From assembly GCA_051382295.1 (NCBI GenBank), contig JBBCAW010000004.1, positions 1 through 64,000 of the forward strand: a stretch of 64,000 nucleotides of DNA, read 5' to 3'. This stretch comes from Bdellovibrionota bacterium FG-1. Lineage in GTDB: Bacteria > Bdellovibrionota > UBA1018. The first letter of the stretch is position 1; every line of letters begins with the position of its first letter. A program made the translations under genes and the position numbers. A model generated the notes under the pieces. The model had not been told where the DNA came from, made no database searches, and saw only the letters and a list, made by a program, of their open reading frames with translations. Shown here in pieces: positions 17,263-27,780 of this stretch.

Positions 17263-18492
17263 CTAAAACAGATCTTTGATCCACGAACGCATCGAACCCC
17301 GAACTTTGTCGTAGATGTTCTTTTCACGGATCGTGAATTTACTTCGCTGCACATTTCGCGAGCCATACTTGATTAAACCCACTGCAGTCGCGAATTTTGG
17401 TGAATTGACCACATCCCTCAAGCCACCGATATTTTGCGGCAGGCCGCGCTTGACGGGTGCTTCGAAAATAAATTCAGCCTGTTCTGGCATGCCTTCCATA
17501 ATACTCGTGCCACCCGTAATCACCACCCCCCCAGAAAGCAGGTCCTGGTAACCCGATTTCATGACCTCACGCTGAATCAAAGAAAAAATCTCCTCCACGC
17601 GGGGCTCAATGATATCGGCCAGTAGTTTTCGCTGCAGAATTCTCGATTTCCGGCCACCCACACCCGGCACCTCAATCGTTTCATCCGATTTCACTAAACC
17701 GCTTAAAGCACAGCCGTGGCGAATTTTAATTTTTTCAGCCTCACTTTGAGGAGTTCGCAGGCCAACTGCGATATCGTTGGTAATGTGATTTCCGCCGATC
17801 GCTAAGACGCCGGTATGAACAATGGCACCGTCTTTAAAGATGGCGATATCACTTGTCCCTCCGCCGATATCGATCAACAAAACCCCGAGGTCTTTTTCAT
17901 CCTGCGATAAGACCGCCTCTGCGGAAGCGATCGGCTCCAAACAGATCTCGGCCACATTGAGCCCGGCTTTATTCGCACATTTGATGATATTTTGGGCACT
18001 TGAAACTGCGCCCGTCACAATATGAACTTTGGCCTCAAGCCGTACCCCGCTCATGCCAATCGGATCGCGAATACCCTCTTGACCGTCGATCGTGTATTCT
18101 TGCGGAATAATGTGAATCACCTCGCGATCGAGCGGGATCGCAACCGCCTTGGCCGCATCGATCACGCGATTCACATCCTGCTGAGTGATTTCCTTATCCT
18201 TAACAGCAACAATGCCAGTGGAGTTGAAGGACTTGATATGTCCGCCAGCTATCCCCGTGTAAACGGTTGAGATTTCAACTCCGGCCATGAGCTCGGCTTC
18301 TTCGATAGCTTTTGTAATACTCTCCACGGTCGAATCAATGTTAATGACCACACCTTTACGAAGGCCCGTTGACGGTGCAGTGCCAATGCCGATGATATCG
18401 ATCATGCCCTCATCGCCCGCCACCTCGCCCACGATGCAACAAATCTTAGTCGTTCCGATATCCAGGCCAACGATAAAGTCCTTTTTGGACAT
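17263..18492 (-). CDS. ftsA: Cell division protein FtsA
   Basis: GLDIGTTKI, DIGGGTSD, amphipathic tail SWIKDLF. ATG 18492 follows GGGAGG. Confidence 0.98.
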   Translation of the reverse strand: MSKKDFIVGLDIGTTKICCIVGEVAGDEGMIDIIGIGTAPSTGLRKGVVINIDSTVESITKAIEEAELMAGVEISTVYTGIAGGHIKSFNSTGIVAVKDKEITQQDVNRVIDAAKAVAIPLDREVIHIIPQEYTIDGQEGIRDPIGMSGVRLEAKVHIVTGAVSSAQNIIKCANKAGLNVAEICLEPIASAEAVLSQDEKDLGVLLIDIGGGTSDIAIFKDGAIVHTGVLAIGGNHITNDIAVGLRTPQSEAEKIKIRHGCALSGLVKSDETIEVPGVGGRKSRILQRKLLADIIEPRVEEIFSLIQREVMKSGYQDLLSGGVVITGGTSIMEGMPEQAEFIFEAPVKRGLPQNIGGLRDVVNSPKFATAVGLIKYGSRNVQRSKFTIREKNIYDKVRGSMRSWIKDLF

Positions 18493-18563
18493 ACACAGAA
18501 TCCCTCCCGTGGGTCGGGGGAGCTTGCCCATCTTGTAGGCAAAAACTTCCCGTCTAAGGAATT

Positions 18564-19313
18564 CTAAGAACCGCGGGCCGTCCTGACAACTATTTTCTTT
18601 TCAGCATCGGCCCAAATCTGTCGAACTTGCACATGATTGGCAGTTAAATAGTGAAAAACCTGGGCCAAACGCCTAAATTGAACCTCACCGTCAATATCTT
18701 GACCCAAATCCACAAGCGTTCGGCCGGTTGAAGCGGCCAAAGCATAAGTGACCCAAACTCTAAAACCGCGTTCCGGCTCCCATTGTAAAGATGAGATCTG
18801 AGCCACATGCCCAAGCTCCGATGCCGCCCAGCTTTTCAACAATCGAAGCGACTGAACCACATGCCCCGCACCTGAGGCCGTGATCATCGGCAAATCCGGC
18901 TGATACATCAGACTCACTTGCCCAAAAGCTTTTCCATCCACATCCACATACGACAACACTCCGCCTTCGGACTGCAAAATCGCCTGCGGCTCTCTGAAAA
19001 CAACCGAGATCGACAAGGTTTGAGGGAAGTGCTTTTGAAGGCGGACCTCGCGAATCCAGGCATTACTCAAAATTCGCTCTTCGATCGGCCCTAACTCTAG
19101 ATCAAAAAGATTGACCTTACCCACCGGAAGGTCTGCAAGATTAGAAAGGGTTTGAGCATCCACAGGGGCACCTTCGGGCTGATCGGCAACTTCAACGACC
19201 TGAAGGACAAACAGCGGCGAACGCATGGCATGCCGAACGCCCCAGGCGGCCCCGAAAATCGCCGTGAAAGTGACCACCAATATTGCCGCTTTACGAAGCG
19301 AAGTTTGCCCCAT
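18564..19313 (-). CDS. ftsQ: Cell division protein FtsQ/DivIB
   Basis: TM anchor plus POTRA-like NLFDL...WIREVRLQKHFPQTLSI. Directly upstream of ftsA. Start 19313 preferred over 19397. Confidence 0.88.
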   Translation of the reverse strand: MGQTSLRKAAILVVTFTAIFGAAWGVRHAMRSPLFVLQVVEVADQPEGAPVDAQTLSNLADLPVGKVNLFDLELGPIEERILSNAWIREVRLQKHFPQTLSISVVFREPQAILQSEGGVLSYVDVDGKAFGQVSLMYQPDLPMITASGAGHVVQSLRLLKSWAASELGHVAQISSLQWEPERGFRVWVTYALAASTGRTLVDLGQDIDGEVQFRRLAQVFHYLTANHVQVRQIWADAEKKIVVRTARGS

Positions 19314-19427
19314 AGAAATAGGGTAACATGCTCTGCGTCGAGTGCAATCCCGGGCTAGCGTTTCACGTCCTTGCCTGTTACCTTCGCTTAACGACACTCT
19401 AAAATCGGGTGAGAGGACTCTAAAAAC

Positions 19428-20843
19428 ATGAAAAATTTTAGGATCACGGCTTTATCGTGGGTGACAGCCCTTGTGGCGCTCTGCAGTATGAGTGCTTGTG
19501 CTACTCAGCCCACTAAAAAGGATGAAAAGACCCCTCCCGCGACAGTCGTCACTGAGCCGGTCGCCCCGAGCGCAAATGAACCAACCGTACCCCTGGTGGG
19601 AGATTCAAAGGTTCATCGATTCATCTTGGACAATGGCCTCCGTCTGTTGGTGGTCGAAGATCACCGCTCTCCCACTTTTGCCTATCAAACCTGGTTTAAG
19701 GTGGGTTCCCGTGACGAGATCGCCGGACGCACCGGATTGGCCCATCTCTTTGAACATATGATGTTCAAAGAAACGAAAAACTTCAAAGACGGTGAATTTG
19801 ATAAGATCCTCGAAGGGGCTGGCGCCGAAGGCGAGAATGCCTTCACCAGCCGGGATTATACGGCCTACGTTCAAGAGATGCCCAGCGACAAACTGGATCT
19901 TATCATGCGCATGGAATCAGATCGCATGGTGAATCTATTGGTCAATGAAAAGGCTTTCAAAACCGAAACCGACGTAGTCCAAAATGAACGCCGATTTCGC
20001 AACGAAAACAGCCCCGACGGTCTGATGTATCAAGAAATTTATGAGACCGCCTTTACTCAACATCCCTATCATTGGCCGGTCGTTGGATATCAAAAAGATC
20101 TAGACGCCATGCACGCCCAGGATGCGCTCGATTTTTACCACGGCTACTATAGTCCCAATCACGCCACTTTGGTGGTCACGGGCGACGTCGTCCCCGCACA
20201 AGTGTTTGAGTTAGCTAAAAAATATTATGGCTCTCTGGTCGCCCAAACGACGCCCGGGCATCTGATCGCGGCGGAGCCCCCGCAAGAGGCTCCTCGTCGC
20301 AAACGCTTGAAGCTCAATATTCAGGTCGAAAAGTTGCTGCTCGCTTATCACATTCCTGGAATTCTTGACTCAGATATGGCGACCTTGGATGTTCTTCAAG
20401 CCGTTTTAACAGGCGGAAAAAGCAGCCGACTTTATCGGGCTTTGGTTGAAACCGGAATCGCTGCCAACGTTGACGCGTATGACATTGAAGACAAAGATCC
20501 TTCGATTTTTATTTTTACGGTCAATCTCCAAAAAGGCAAAAAAGCCGCCGATGCCGAGACCATTATTATTAAGGAGCTCGCTCGTCTCACTCGAGAACCG
20601 GTGACCGAGCAAGAAATGGAGCGAGCCAAAAATCGGATTCAGTTTGGATTCTATGAGGGGTTGGAATCCAATGCGCAGAAGGCCAATTTTCTAGGACACT
20701 ATGAAGCCGTTGCAAATGACTTCACTCTTGGGTTGGATCATTTCAAAAAAGTACCGACTGTGACTGCCCCAGACATTCGTAATGCCGCTAAAAAATATTT
20801 TAACCCTACAAACCGGACTGTCATCACGGGGGTGAATAAATGA
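19428..20843 (+). CDS. M16B zinc peptidase, active subunit, lipoprotein
   Basis: Lipobox MSAC, LDNGL, inverted zinc motif HLFEH, NAFTSRDYT. Confidence 0.95.
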   Translation: MKNFRITALSWVTALVALCSMSACATQPTKKDEKTPPATVVTEPVAPSANEPTVPLVGDSKVHRFILDNGLRLLVVEDHRSPTFAYQTWFKVGSRDEIAGRTGLAHLFEHMMFKETKNFKDGEFDKILEGAGAEGENAFTSRDYTAYVQEMPSDKLDLIMRMESDRMVNLLVNEKAFKTETDVVQNERRFRNENSPDGLMYQEIYETAFTQHPYHWPVVGYQKDLDAMHAQDALDFYHGYYSPNHATLVVTGDVVPAQVFELAKKYYGSLVAQTTPGHLIAAEPPQEAPRRKRLKLNIQVEKLLLAYHIPGILDSDMATLDVLQAVLTGGKSSRLYRALVETGIAANVDAYDIEDKDPSIFIFTVNLQKGKKAADAETIIIKELARLTREPVTEQEMERAKNRIQFGFYEGLESNAQKANFLGHYEAVANDFTLGLDHFKKVPTVTAPDIRNAAKKYFNPTNRTVITGVNK

Positions 20844-22201
20844 AACCCATCCATACATTGCTTATCACAGGGATATTCGCAGCCCTTTGGATACTTCCTC
20901 AAGCTCGCGCCATCGAAGTTTCATTTGAAGACGATAACAGTCTCCCTGTTGTTTATCTGAATGTAGCCGTCAAAGCGGGATCAGTCACTGACCCCATGGG
21001 TAAATCTGGCCTTTCGAATTTTATGGGTGAAATGCTTTTACGCGGCACTCGTTCTCGCACCAAAGAACAAATTGATTTGGCCCTTGATCAAATGGGCGCC
21101 AGGCTTGAGGTCGAAGTTCGGGCGGAAGCCTTAATCTTAAGGGGCGCGGTTCTCAGTCGGCAATTCGTTCCATTCACCCAACTTTTGGCTGAAATCGTGA
21201 CGGAGCCCAGCTTTCCAGAAAACGAAATTCGCAAACTCAAAGCCGAGATCACCTCCGGAATCCTCGAAGAACTGGGCCATGACCCCACACTTTCTAGCCG
21301 ACGTTTCACCGAATTTCTTTTCAGGGAGCATCCTTACGGAAAACCTGTCCTAGGAAAAGTCAAAGATGTGGAGCATTTTTCGCGGGAGGATATTAGCCGC
21401 CACTACGACAAGCTATTCAGGGACGTTAACCTCCTAGTCGTCGGAACGGGCGCCGCTCAAAGCGCGGAGATTCAGACATTCGCTAACGTACTGAGTAAGG
21501 CTCGGAGCGGAAAGTCCCCCTATGGCGCCATCATTAAGGTGCTACCCCCTCAAGATAGCCCCTCCCGTCGGTTACTCATGATCGACAAGCCTGATCGAAC
21601 CCAAACGCAAATCAATGCGGGACAAATCGGTGTTCGAATGACCGATCCTGATTTTTTCGCCCTTCATTTAGGCAATTATGCTTTCGGGGGTGGATCATTT
21701 TCGGCGCGGATGATGGTTGAAATTCGGGTGAAGCGAGGATGGAGTTATGGCGCGAACAGCTACTTTAGACAGGGCCTCCAACCGAGGTCATGGCAGATGC
21801 ACGTCTTTCCAGCCGAAAAAGATACGGCACCTGCGTTGGCCCTCATGCTCAAGATGGCTAAGGAACTTGGGGATCAGGGGATCACGCTAGAGGAATTTAA
21901 CTTTGCCCAAAGGAGTCTCGTCAACAGCGCCGGCTTTATGTATAACACTCCCCGCAAACGCGTAGAAAATCGCCTTCTTGAACGCACGCTGGATCTGCCA
22001 GAGGGCTTTATGAAATCCTATGGCCCGGCGCTTCAAAAGGTGAAATTCGAGCAGGTGAATGCAGCTTTAAAGCATTTTTTAAAACCCGAAAAGCTGGCCA
22101 TTGCCGTTTTGGGGACTGCCAAAAACCTCAAAGAACCGCTTGCTCAGGCAGCCGGGATTGCCGTCGATCAAGTTGTGGTCGTACCCTACACCCAGGAGTA
22201 A
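20840..22201 (+). CDS. M16B peptidase, non-catalytic partner subunit
   Basis: M16-type sequence without HxxEH. R/Y pair in EIRVKRGWSYG. Signal peptide and 4-nt overlap with the partner. Confidence 0.92.
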   Translation: MKPIHTLLITGIFAALWILPQARAIEVSFEDDNSLPVVYLNVAVKAGSVTDPMGKSGLSNFMGEMLLRGTRSRTKEQIDLALDQMGARLEVEVRAEALILRGAVLSRQFVPFTQLLAEIVTEPSFPENEIRKLKAEITSGILEELGHDPTLSSRRFTEFLFREHPYGKPVLGKVKDVEHFSREDISRHYDKLFRDVNLLVVGTGAAQSAEIQTFANVLSKARSGKSPYGAIIKVLPPQDSPSRRLLMIDKPDRTQTQINAGQIGVRMTDPDFFALHLGNYAFGGGSFSARMMVEIRVKRGWSYGANSYFRQGLQPRSWQMHVFPAEKDTAPALALMLKMAKELGDQGITLEEFNFAQRSLVNSAGFMYNTPRKRVENRLLERTLDLPEGFMKSYGPALQKVKFEQVNAALKHFLKPEKLAIAVLGTAKNLKEPLAQAAGIAVDQVVVVPYTQE

Positions 22202-22206
22202 GCCCC

Positions 22207-23577
22207 ATGAAAAGCGAGTTACGCGAAAAAGTCTTGAAAGAAATCAAAGATTCCTCTCACCAAAAAGTCAAAGTCGCCATCACGGACATCGACGGAGTTC
22301 TTCGTGGTAAATACCTCGCTAAAGAAAAGTTTCTTTCAGCGGCGGAGACCGGTTTTGGCTTCTGCAATGTGATCTTTGGCTGGGATTCTTCAGATGTTTG
22401 TTATGATAATGGCCGGTACACTGGCTGGCACTCGGGCTACCCCGATGCCGTGGCCCATATCGATCTTTCCACTTTTCGAAAAATTCCCTGGGAAAATGGC
22501 CTTCCGTTCTTTTTGGCGGATTTTCAAGAAGAGGGAACCCGCCGCCCCCTGGAGGTCTGTCCCCGACAGCTCCTCAAAAAGGTCATCACGCACGCTGAGA
22601 AAGCCGGTTATCGTGCCAGTATCGGAATGGAATTTGAGTGGTTTAACTTCAAAGAAACCCCCCAATCCATCGCGGAAAAAAAATTCGTTTCGCCGGAACC
22701 CATCACGCCCGGGATGTTTGGTTATTCGATCCTTCGCGCGAGCCTGAACCAGCCCTTTTTCTCGGCGCTCATGGATGAAATGCGGGAGTTTCGTGTGCCG
22801 ATCGAGGGCCTTCACACCGAAACTGGGCCCGGCGTCTATGAAGCCGCGATCCTCTATACGGATGCGCTGGAAGCGGCCGACCGTGCTGTTCTTTTCAAGA
22901 CGGGAACCAAAGAAATCGCCTATCGGTTCGGCATGATGCCGACCTTTATGGCTAAGTGGAACTCTCAACTTCCAGGCTCAAGCGGTCATACCCATCAAAG
23001 CCTTTGGAATCTAACGAACGACAAAAACCTTTTCTTTGATGAACAAGATCCTCTCAAAATGAGCCAAATGTTTCGCCATTATATTGCCGGACAGCTTCAT
23101 TGCCTGCCCGAAATTCTTCCCTTTTTTGCTCCGACCATCAATAGCTATAAGCGATTGGTTGATGGCTATTGGGCTCCCACCAAGACCACGTGGGGCGTCG
23201 ATAATCGTACTACCGCCCTGCGCGCGATTTCAGGGAGCTCCAAATCTACTCGCCTTGAAACGCGAGTCCCAGGTGCCGACGTCAATCCTTACCTTGCTGT
23301 TGCGGCCTCGATTGCCAGCGGTCTTTATGGCGTGGAGAAAAAACTTGAACTCAAGGATGCCCCCATTAAAGGAAGCGCTTATCACGTCCCGCAAGGGAGT
23401 CGGCTCCCCCGAAGTCTTCAGGAGGCAACGAACCGCCTCAAAGATTCAGTCGTCGCACATGAAATTTTTGGAGAGGCCTTTGTCGATCATTTCGTCCGGA
23501 CCCGCGAATGGGAATGGCGCCAGTTTCAGGACAGTGTCACGCAGTGGGAACTTCAACGGTATTTTGAAATCATCTAA
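22207..23577 (+). CDS. Glutamine synthetase-like gamma-glutamylamide ligase (PuuA/GlnA4-like)
   Basis: DIDGVLRGK, EFEW, HTETGPGVYE, GSSGHTHQS, NSYKR, DNRT, ETRVPGAD, WELQRYFE. Clustered with a C26 hydrolase. Confidence 0.9.
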   Translation: MKSELREKVLKEIKDSSHQKVKVAITDIDGVLRGKYLAKEKFLSAAETGFGFCNVIFGWDSSDVCYDNGRYTGWHSGYPDAVAHIDLSTFRKIPWENGLPFFLADFQEEGTRRPLEVCPRQLLKKVITHAEKAGYRASIGMEFEWFNFKETPQSIAEKKFVSPEPITPGMFGYSILRASLNQPFFSALMDEMREFRVPIEGLHTETGPGVYEAAILYTDALEAADRAVLFKTGTKEIAYRFGMMPTFMAKWNSQLPGSSGHTHQSLWNLTNDKNLFFDEQDPLKMSQMFRHYIAGQLHCLPEILPFFAPTINSYKRLVDGYWAPTKTTWGVDNRTTALRAISGSSKSTRLETRVPGADVNPYLAVAASIASGLYGVEKKLELKDAPIKGSAYHVPQGSRLPRSLQEATNRLKDSVVAHEIFGEAFVDHFVRTREWEWRQFQDSVTQWELQRYFEII

Positions 23578-23615
23578 CTCAAGCAGTTATTCATTCACCT
23601 CAGGAGAATCGTCCA

Positions 23616-24791
23616 ATGAAATCAGTCACCACGTTCGACCCCAAAGCCCAGTATCGCTTTAGCTTTCCAACCCCTATCCATTTTGGCCCGGGAACAAGGA
23701 AACTCGTCGGTGCTCATCTCCGGGCCCAAGGCCTCAAAAAGCCGTTGATCGTGACGGATCGCGGGATTGCGGGCTTGCCCTTTCTGGAAGAAATCAAAAA
23801 TTCACTGAAAGAGCATGACTTGGCTCCCTCTGTTTTTTCAGAAATCTGGGGCAACCCAGTAAAAACTCAGGTCATCCAAGGCGTGGAGACCTACTGGAAG
23901 ACTGGGGCCGATTGTATCGTCGGTCTCGGCGGTGGTGCGGCCTTGGACGTAGCCAAGGCAATCGCTTTAATGATCCATCATCCGGGCGACCTCTTTGACT
24001 ACGAAGACGACAAGCCCGGTGCGCTCCCAGTCGACCGCGACATTCCTTATTGGGTCGCGCTTCCGACCACTGCTGGTACTGGAAGCGAAGTCGGTCGAAG
24101 TGCGGTGGTCTCGGATGATAAGACTCATGTCAAAAAGATCATTTTTTCGCCACGGCTCCTGGCCAAGGCGGTGTTTGCAGATGCTGAACTCACGATTGGA
24201 CTCCCTGCTACGATCACGGCCACCACCGGAATGGATGCCCTCACTCATTGCGTGGAAGCTTACCTGGCCAAGGGTTTTCACCCTATTTGCGATGGTATCG
24301 CGCTCGAAGGGGTTCGCCTTTGCGCCGAAAGCCTCGTTCAAGCCGTAAAAGAACCCAAAGACATTGCGGCTCGGAGTAAAATGCTCTTGGCTTCGATGAT
24401 GGGAGCGATTGCGTTTCAAAAAGGGTTGGGCATCACCCATTCCTGCGCGCACGCCCTTTCGACCGTGGCTGACATGCACCACGGCCTTGCCAATGGCATC
24501 ATGATCGATTTTGCGGTGGCCTTTAACGCCGAGACGGTTCCGGCTCGTTTTGAAATGATGGCCAAAGTCATAGGCCTTTCAGATACCAGCCCCAAGGGCT
24601 TCCTTCGGTGGCTTACCCAGCTCAAAAAAGACACCGGGATTCCGGCTTTGTTAACCGTTGCTGGCGTCAAAAAAGAACAGCTCCAAGCCCTCGCGGATAT
24701 TGCAATCGCAGACGCTTGCCACCCGAGCAATCCACGCCCTTGCACTCGCGAAGACTTTGTTCGCGTCTTCAGCCAAGCGATGGGAATTTAA
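23616..24791 (+). CDS. Iron-containing alcohol dehydrogenase
   Basis: GGGAALD, PTTAGTGSE, GMDALTHCVE, HSCAH, HHG. Confidence 0.95.
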   Translation: MKSVTTFDPKAQYRFSFPTPIHFGPGTRKLVGAHLRAQGLKKPLIVTDRGIAGLPFLEEIKNSLKEHDLAPSVFSEIWGNPVKTQVIQGVETYWKTGADCIVGLGGGAALDVAKAIALMIHHPGDLFDYEDDKPGALPVDRDIPYWVALPTTAGTGSEVGRSAVVSDDKTHVKKIIFSPRLLAKAVFADAELTIGLPATITATTGMDALTHCVEAYLAKGFHPICDGIALEGVRLCAESLVQAVKEPKDIAARSKMLLASMMGAIAFQKGLGITHSCAHALSTVADMHHGLANGIMIDFAVAFNAETVPARFEMMAKVIGLSDTSPKGFLRWLTQLKKDTGIPALLTVAGVKKEQLQALADIAIADACHPSNPRPCTREDFVRVFSQAMGI

Positions 24792-24804
24792 CGGGAGCCT
24801 CTGA

Positions 24805-25599
24805 ATGACGAAGCGTTTAAAAATTGGCCTTTCTGCCTGTTTTTTTCACGCTGATCCCCAGCGCGCGGTCTTCAAGGGCAAAACCTTGCTCTATGCTGAA
24901 GAATCGCTCGCTCATTGGATTATGAGCCAGGGAGCGCTCACCTACTTGATACCGTCGGTGGGCCCCCTGGTTCCCTTTGAACTCGGCGAACTGACTCAGG
25001 AACTCGATGGACTTGTGTTGGCCGGAGGGGCGGATCTTTCGCCCAAAAGCTATGGCCAAGAACCCTTGAAGCCCGAGTGGAAGGGCGACTGGGTTCGCGA
25101 TCAATACGAGATCAAGCTTGTCGAAGCCTTTGTGGCGCAAAAAAAACCCGTACTGGGGGTTTGCCGTGGAATGCAGCTCCTCAATGTCGCTTTTGGCGGC
25201 ACGCTCTTCCAAGACATCACGACTCAAGTGCCAGGGAGTTTAATGCATCGAAATTGGGACATCTACGATCATAACCGCCATCAGGCCGAAGTGATCCCAG
25301 GGTCCGAGTTAGAACGAGTTTTAGGCCCTCACCGTGGACGCACGATCAACAGCGTCCATCATCAAGGAGTCCAAACACTCGGACCCGAACTTGAAGTGAT
25401 GGCCAAATGTCCCGCAGACGGAATTGTTGAGGCCATAAGACACAAAGCCCCGACCCACTGGGTTTGGGGAATTCAATGGCATCCGGAATTTGAACACGAA
25501 ACCAAAAAAGTACTCAGTGCCGACGAAACCTTACTGGATTCTACGTCGGTACTTCGCGAATTTTTATCAGAAGCCCAAAAAAGGAGAACCCAACGATGA
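24805..25599 (+). CDS. Gamma-glutamyl-amide hydrolase (peptidase C26, PuuD-like)
   Basis: GGAD, LGVCRGMQLLNVA, NSVHHQ, QWHPE. Confidence 0.93.
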   Translation: MTKRLKIGLSACFFHADPQRAVFKGKTLLYAEESLAHWIMSQGALTYLIPSVGPLVPFELGELTQELDGLVLAGGADLSPKSYGQEPLKPEWKGDWVRDQYEIKLVEAFVAQKKPVLGVCRGMQLLNVAFGGTLFQDITTQVPGSLMHRNWDIYDHNRHQAEVIPGSELERVLGPHRGRTINSVHHQGVQTLGPELEVMAKCPADGIVEAIRHKAPTHWVWGIQWHPEFEHETKKVLSADETLLDSTSVLREFLSEAQKRRTQR

Positions 25600-26984
25600 G
25601 CTCGCTTGCAATCTACAACCCAGCCAACGGCCAGAAAATCAAAGACGTCCCCGCTGATACGACGGACAGTGTCCACCAAAAATATTTGACCGCAAAGGCA
25701 GGCCAAAAAAAGTGGGCCCAAGTGCCATTGGTCTCACGAATTGAAATGATGAAGAAATTTCGAGACAGCTTGGTCAAAGACAAGGAAGCGCTGGCCAAAA
25801 TCCTGACCTCGGAAATGGGCAAGCCCCTTGCTCAAGCGCGTAACGAAATCGGCGGGGTTTTAGGTCGTATTGATTTTATTATGGAGAACGTGGCGCGGAC
25901 CCTCGAAAACGAGACCGTTTACGATGACGTCTCTCAACGGATTCGTGAGCAGATTCGGTACGAACCCCTGGGCGTGGTGGCTAATATTTCGGCCTGGAAT
26001 TATCCCTACCTCGTGGGAGCCAATGTTTTTGTGCCGGCCCTTCTCACTGGCAATGCGGTCCTTTATAAGCCTTCTGAATTCGCGACGCTCACGGGCCTAG
26101 CGATCGCTGAACGCCTTCATGCCGCCGGAATCCCTCAAGACGTGTTTATTCCGGTCATTGGCGGAGGCTCGATCGGCGCCGCGCTCTTAGAGCAACCGAT
26201 TAATGGGGTGTTCTTTACGGGGTCGTACGCCACAGGCGCGAAGATTGCCGAGGCTGCAGCTCGCAAGATGATTAAGGTGCAGCTGGAATTGGGGGGCAAA
26301 GACCCGACCTACGTTTGCGAAGACGTGAACCTCAGTACGGTGGTGCCAGGGGTCGCGGATGGGGCCTTCTACAACACGGGGCAAAGCTGTTGCTCTGTTG
26401 AACGCATCTATGTCCACGAGAAGGTCTACGACGCTTTTGTGGACTCCTTTGTACGCGAAGTCCAAGCCTATAAAATGGGAGACCCAACTCAAGACTCAAC
26501 CTACATTGGCGCGATTACGCGTTCGGCGCAACTTGAAGTGCTCGAAAAACAGGTTCAAGACGCGGTCAAAAAGGGCGCCAAGCTTCTTTGTGGCGGCAAG
26601 CGTGCACAGGCCGCGGGCCTCGCCGGTGGCAACTTCTTTGAGCCGACGGTGCTTTCGAACGTGAATCACACGATGGAAGTGATGCGCGAAGAGAGCTTCG
26701 GTCCGATTATTGGAATTCAGAAAGTGAAGTCGGATGAAGAAGCGGTCGAACTCATGAACGACAGTGTGTATGGCTTAACAGCGGGTATTTACACGACCGA
26801 TGCCGCGCGTGCGGAGAAGGTCCTCAGCCAAGTCAACGCTGGGTCGGCCTATTGGAACTGCTGCGATCGCGTGAGCCCGCGCCTCCCTTGGTCGGGACGC
26901 GGTCATTCGGGGATGGGCGCGACGTTGTCATGGCTCGGGATTTTGGCCTTTGTGCAGCCGAAGGGTTGGCACTTGAAGGGGTGA
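25596..26984 (+). CDS. Aldehyde dehydrogenase
   Basis: WNYP, KPSE, FTGS, ELGGK, GQSCC, EESFGP. Confidence 0.96.
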   Translation: MSSLAIYNPANGQKIKDVPADTTDSVHQKYLTAKAGQKKWAQVPLVSRIEMMKKFRDSLVKDKEALAKILTSEMGKPLAQARNEIGGVLGRIDFIMENVARTLENETVYDDVSQRIREQIRYEPLGVVANISAWNYPYLVGANVFVPALLTGNAVLYKPSEFATLTGLAIAERLHAAGIPQDVFIPVIGGGSIGAALLEQPINGVFFTGSYATGAKIAEAAARKMIKVQLELGGKDPTYVCEDVNLSTVVPGVADGAFYNTGQSCCSVERIYVHEKVYDAFVDSFVREVQAYKMGDPTQDSTYIGAITRSAQLEVLEKQVQDAVKKGAKLLCGGKRAQAAGLAGGNFFEPTVLSNVNHTMEVMREESFGPIIGIQKVKSDEEAVELMNDSVYGLTAGIYTTDAARAEKVLSQVNAGSAYWNCCDRVSPRLPWSGRGHSGMGATLSWLGILAFVQPKGWHLKG

Positions 26985-27000
26985 TAGCATTGTTGATAAG

Positions 27001-27040
27001 AAAAAGGGGGCTGCCTCATCGTGAGTCAGCCCCCTTTTTT
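27001..27040. terminator. Bidirectional intrinsic terminator
   Basis: aaaaaggggggctg...cagccccctttttt between convergent genes. Confidence 0.88.
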
Positions 27041-27063
27041 AATGGGATGAAGGAAAGACTAGA

Positions 27064-27780
27064 TTATTGGAATTTCACCGCCTGAGCGCCACCAGTCACA
27101 GGGCTAACAGGACAACCTTTGCTTTTTTTCGTAGCGTTGTAGCCTTCAATATTCTTGATAGCCTTATCATGGGAGTCCGTAACAGCCTTCGCAAAAGCTG
27201 CTCCGATGAGCTCAACCACTGTCGGAACCTTATCAAGGGCAGCTTGAATCGCTTTACGTGCAATGGGAAGCTCACTAGCAATCTTGTTATCGAGTGCTTG
27301 GCATTCTTGAGTGAGTTGTCCCTGTAGTGCCTGACAACTCGCATACTTTTCGTTGGCGGCCATTAGAGCAGCCATGGCGGCCTTTTGAAGTACGTTCTGT
27401 GCTTGGTCACAAAAACTGTAAACGTCATCATCAAAGCCGGCCTTACATTTATCAAATGCTTCCTTGCCCCCGTTATTTTTGGCGTCGTTACACTTCGCCA
27501 AAGAAGGAGCCTGTTGACCCCCAACGGCGTATTTACCAGGAGTCACAGTGCATCCTGTGAAATCAAAGTCACTCAAGGCTTTATTTGCCGTATCGGATGC
27601 CGCCTTTTCTTTGCCTGTATACTGATCATTACAAGTTTTCACCGCCTGATTACTTACGCCCACAGGGGCAGAACGTGCAAACACGATGTGCTTAGCCTTT
27701 GGACCTCTTGCCCAAACGCTACCGCTCATGACCATACCCATCAAGCCACAGACCAAAAGACCCCGTAATGAAACGTTCAT
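27064..27780 (-). CDS. Secreted Cys-rich, Ala/Lys-rich hypothetical protein
   Basis: Signal peptide ending VWA, 8 Cys in the mature part, own terminator. Confidence 0.75.
   Translation of the reverse strand: MNVSLRGLLVCGLMGMVMSGSVWARGPKAKHIVFARSAPVGVSNQAVKTCNDQYTGKEKAASDTANKALSDFDFTGCTVTPGKYAVGGQQAPSLAKCNDAKNNGGKEAFDKCKAGFDDDVYSFCDQAQNVLQKAAMAALMAANEKYASCQALQGQLTQECQALDNKIASELPIARKAIQAALDKVPTVVELIGAAFAKAVTDSHDKAIKNIEGYNATKKSKGCPVSPVTGGAQAVKFQ

Noticed and set aside
22207..23577. Calling this gene glnA (true glutamine synthetase)
   Set aside because: The sequence style and the clustering with a C26 hydrolase and dehydrogenases indicate a gamma-glutamylamide ligase.
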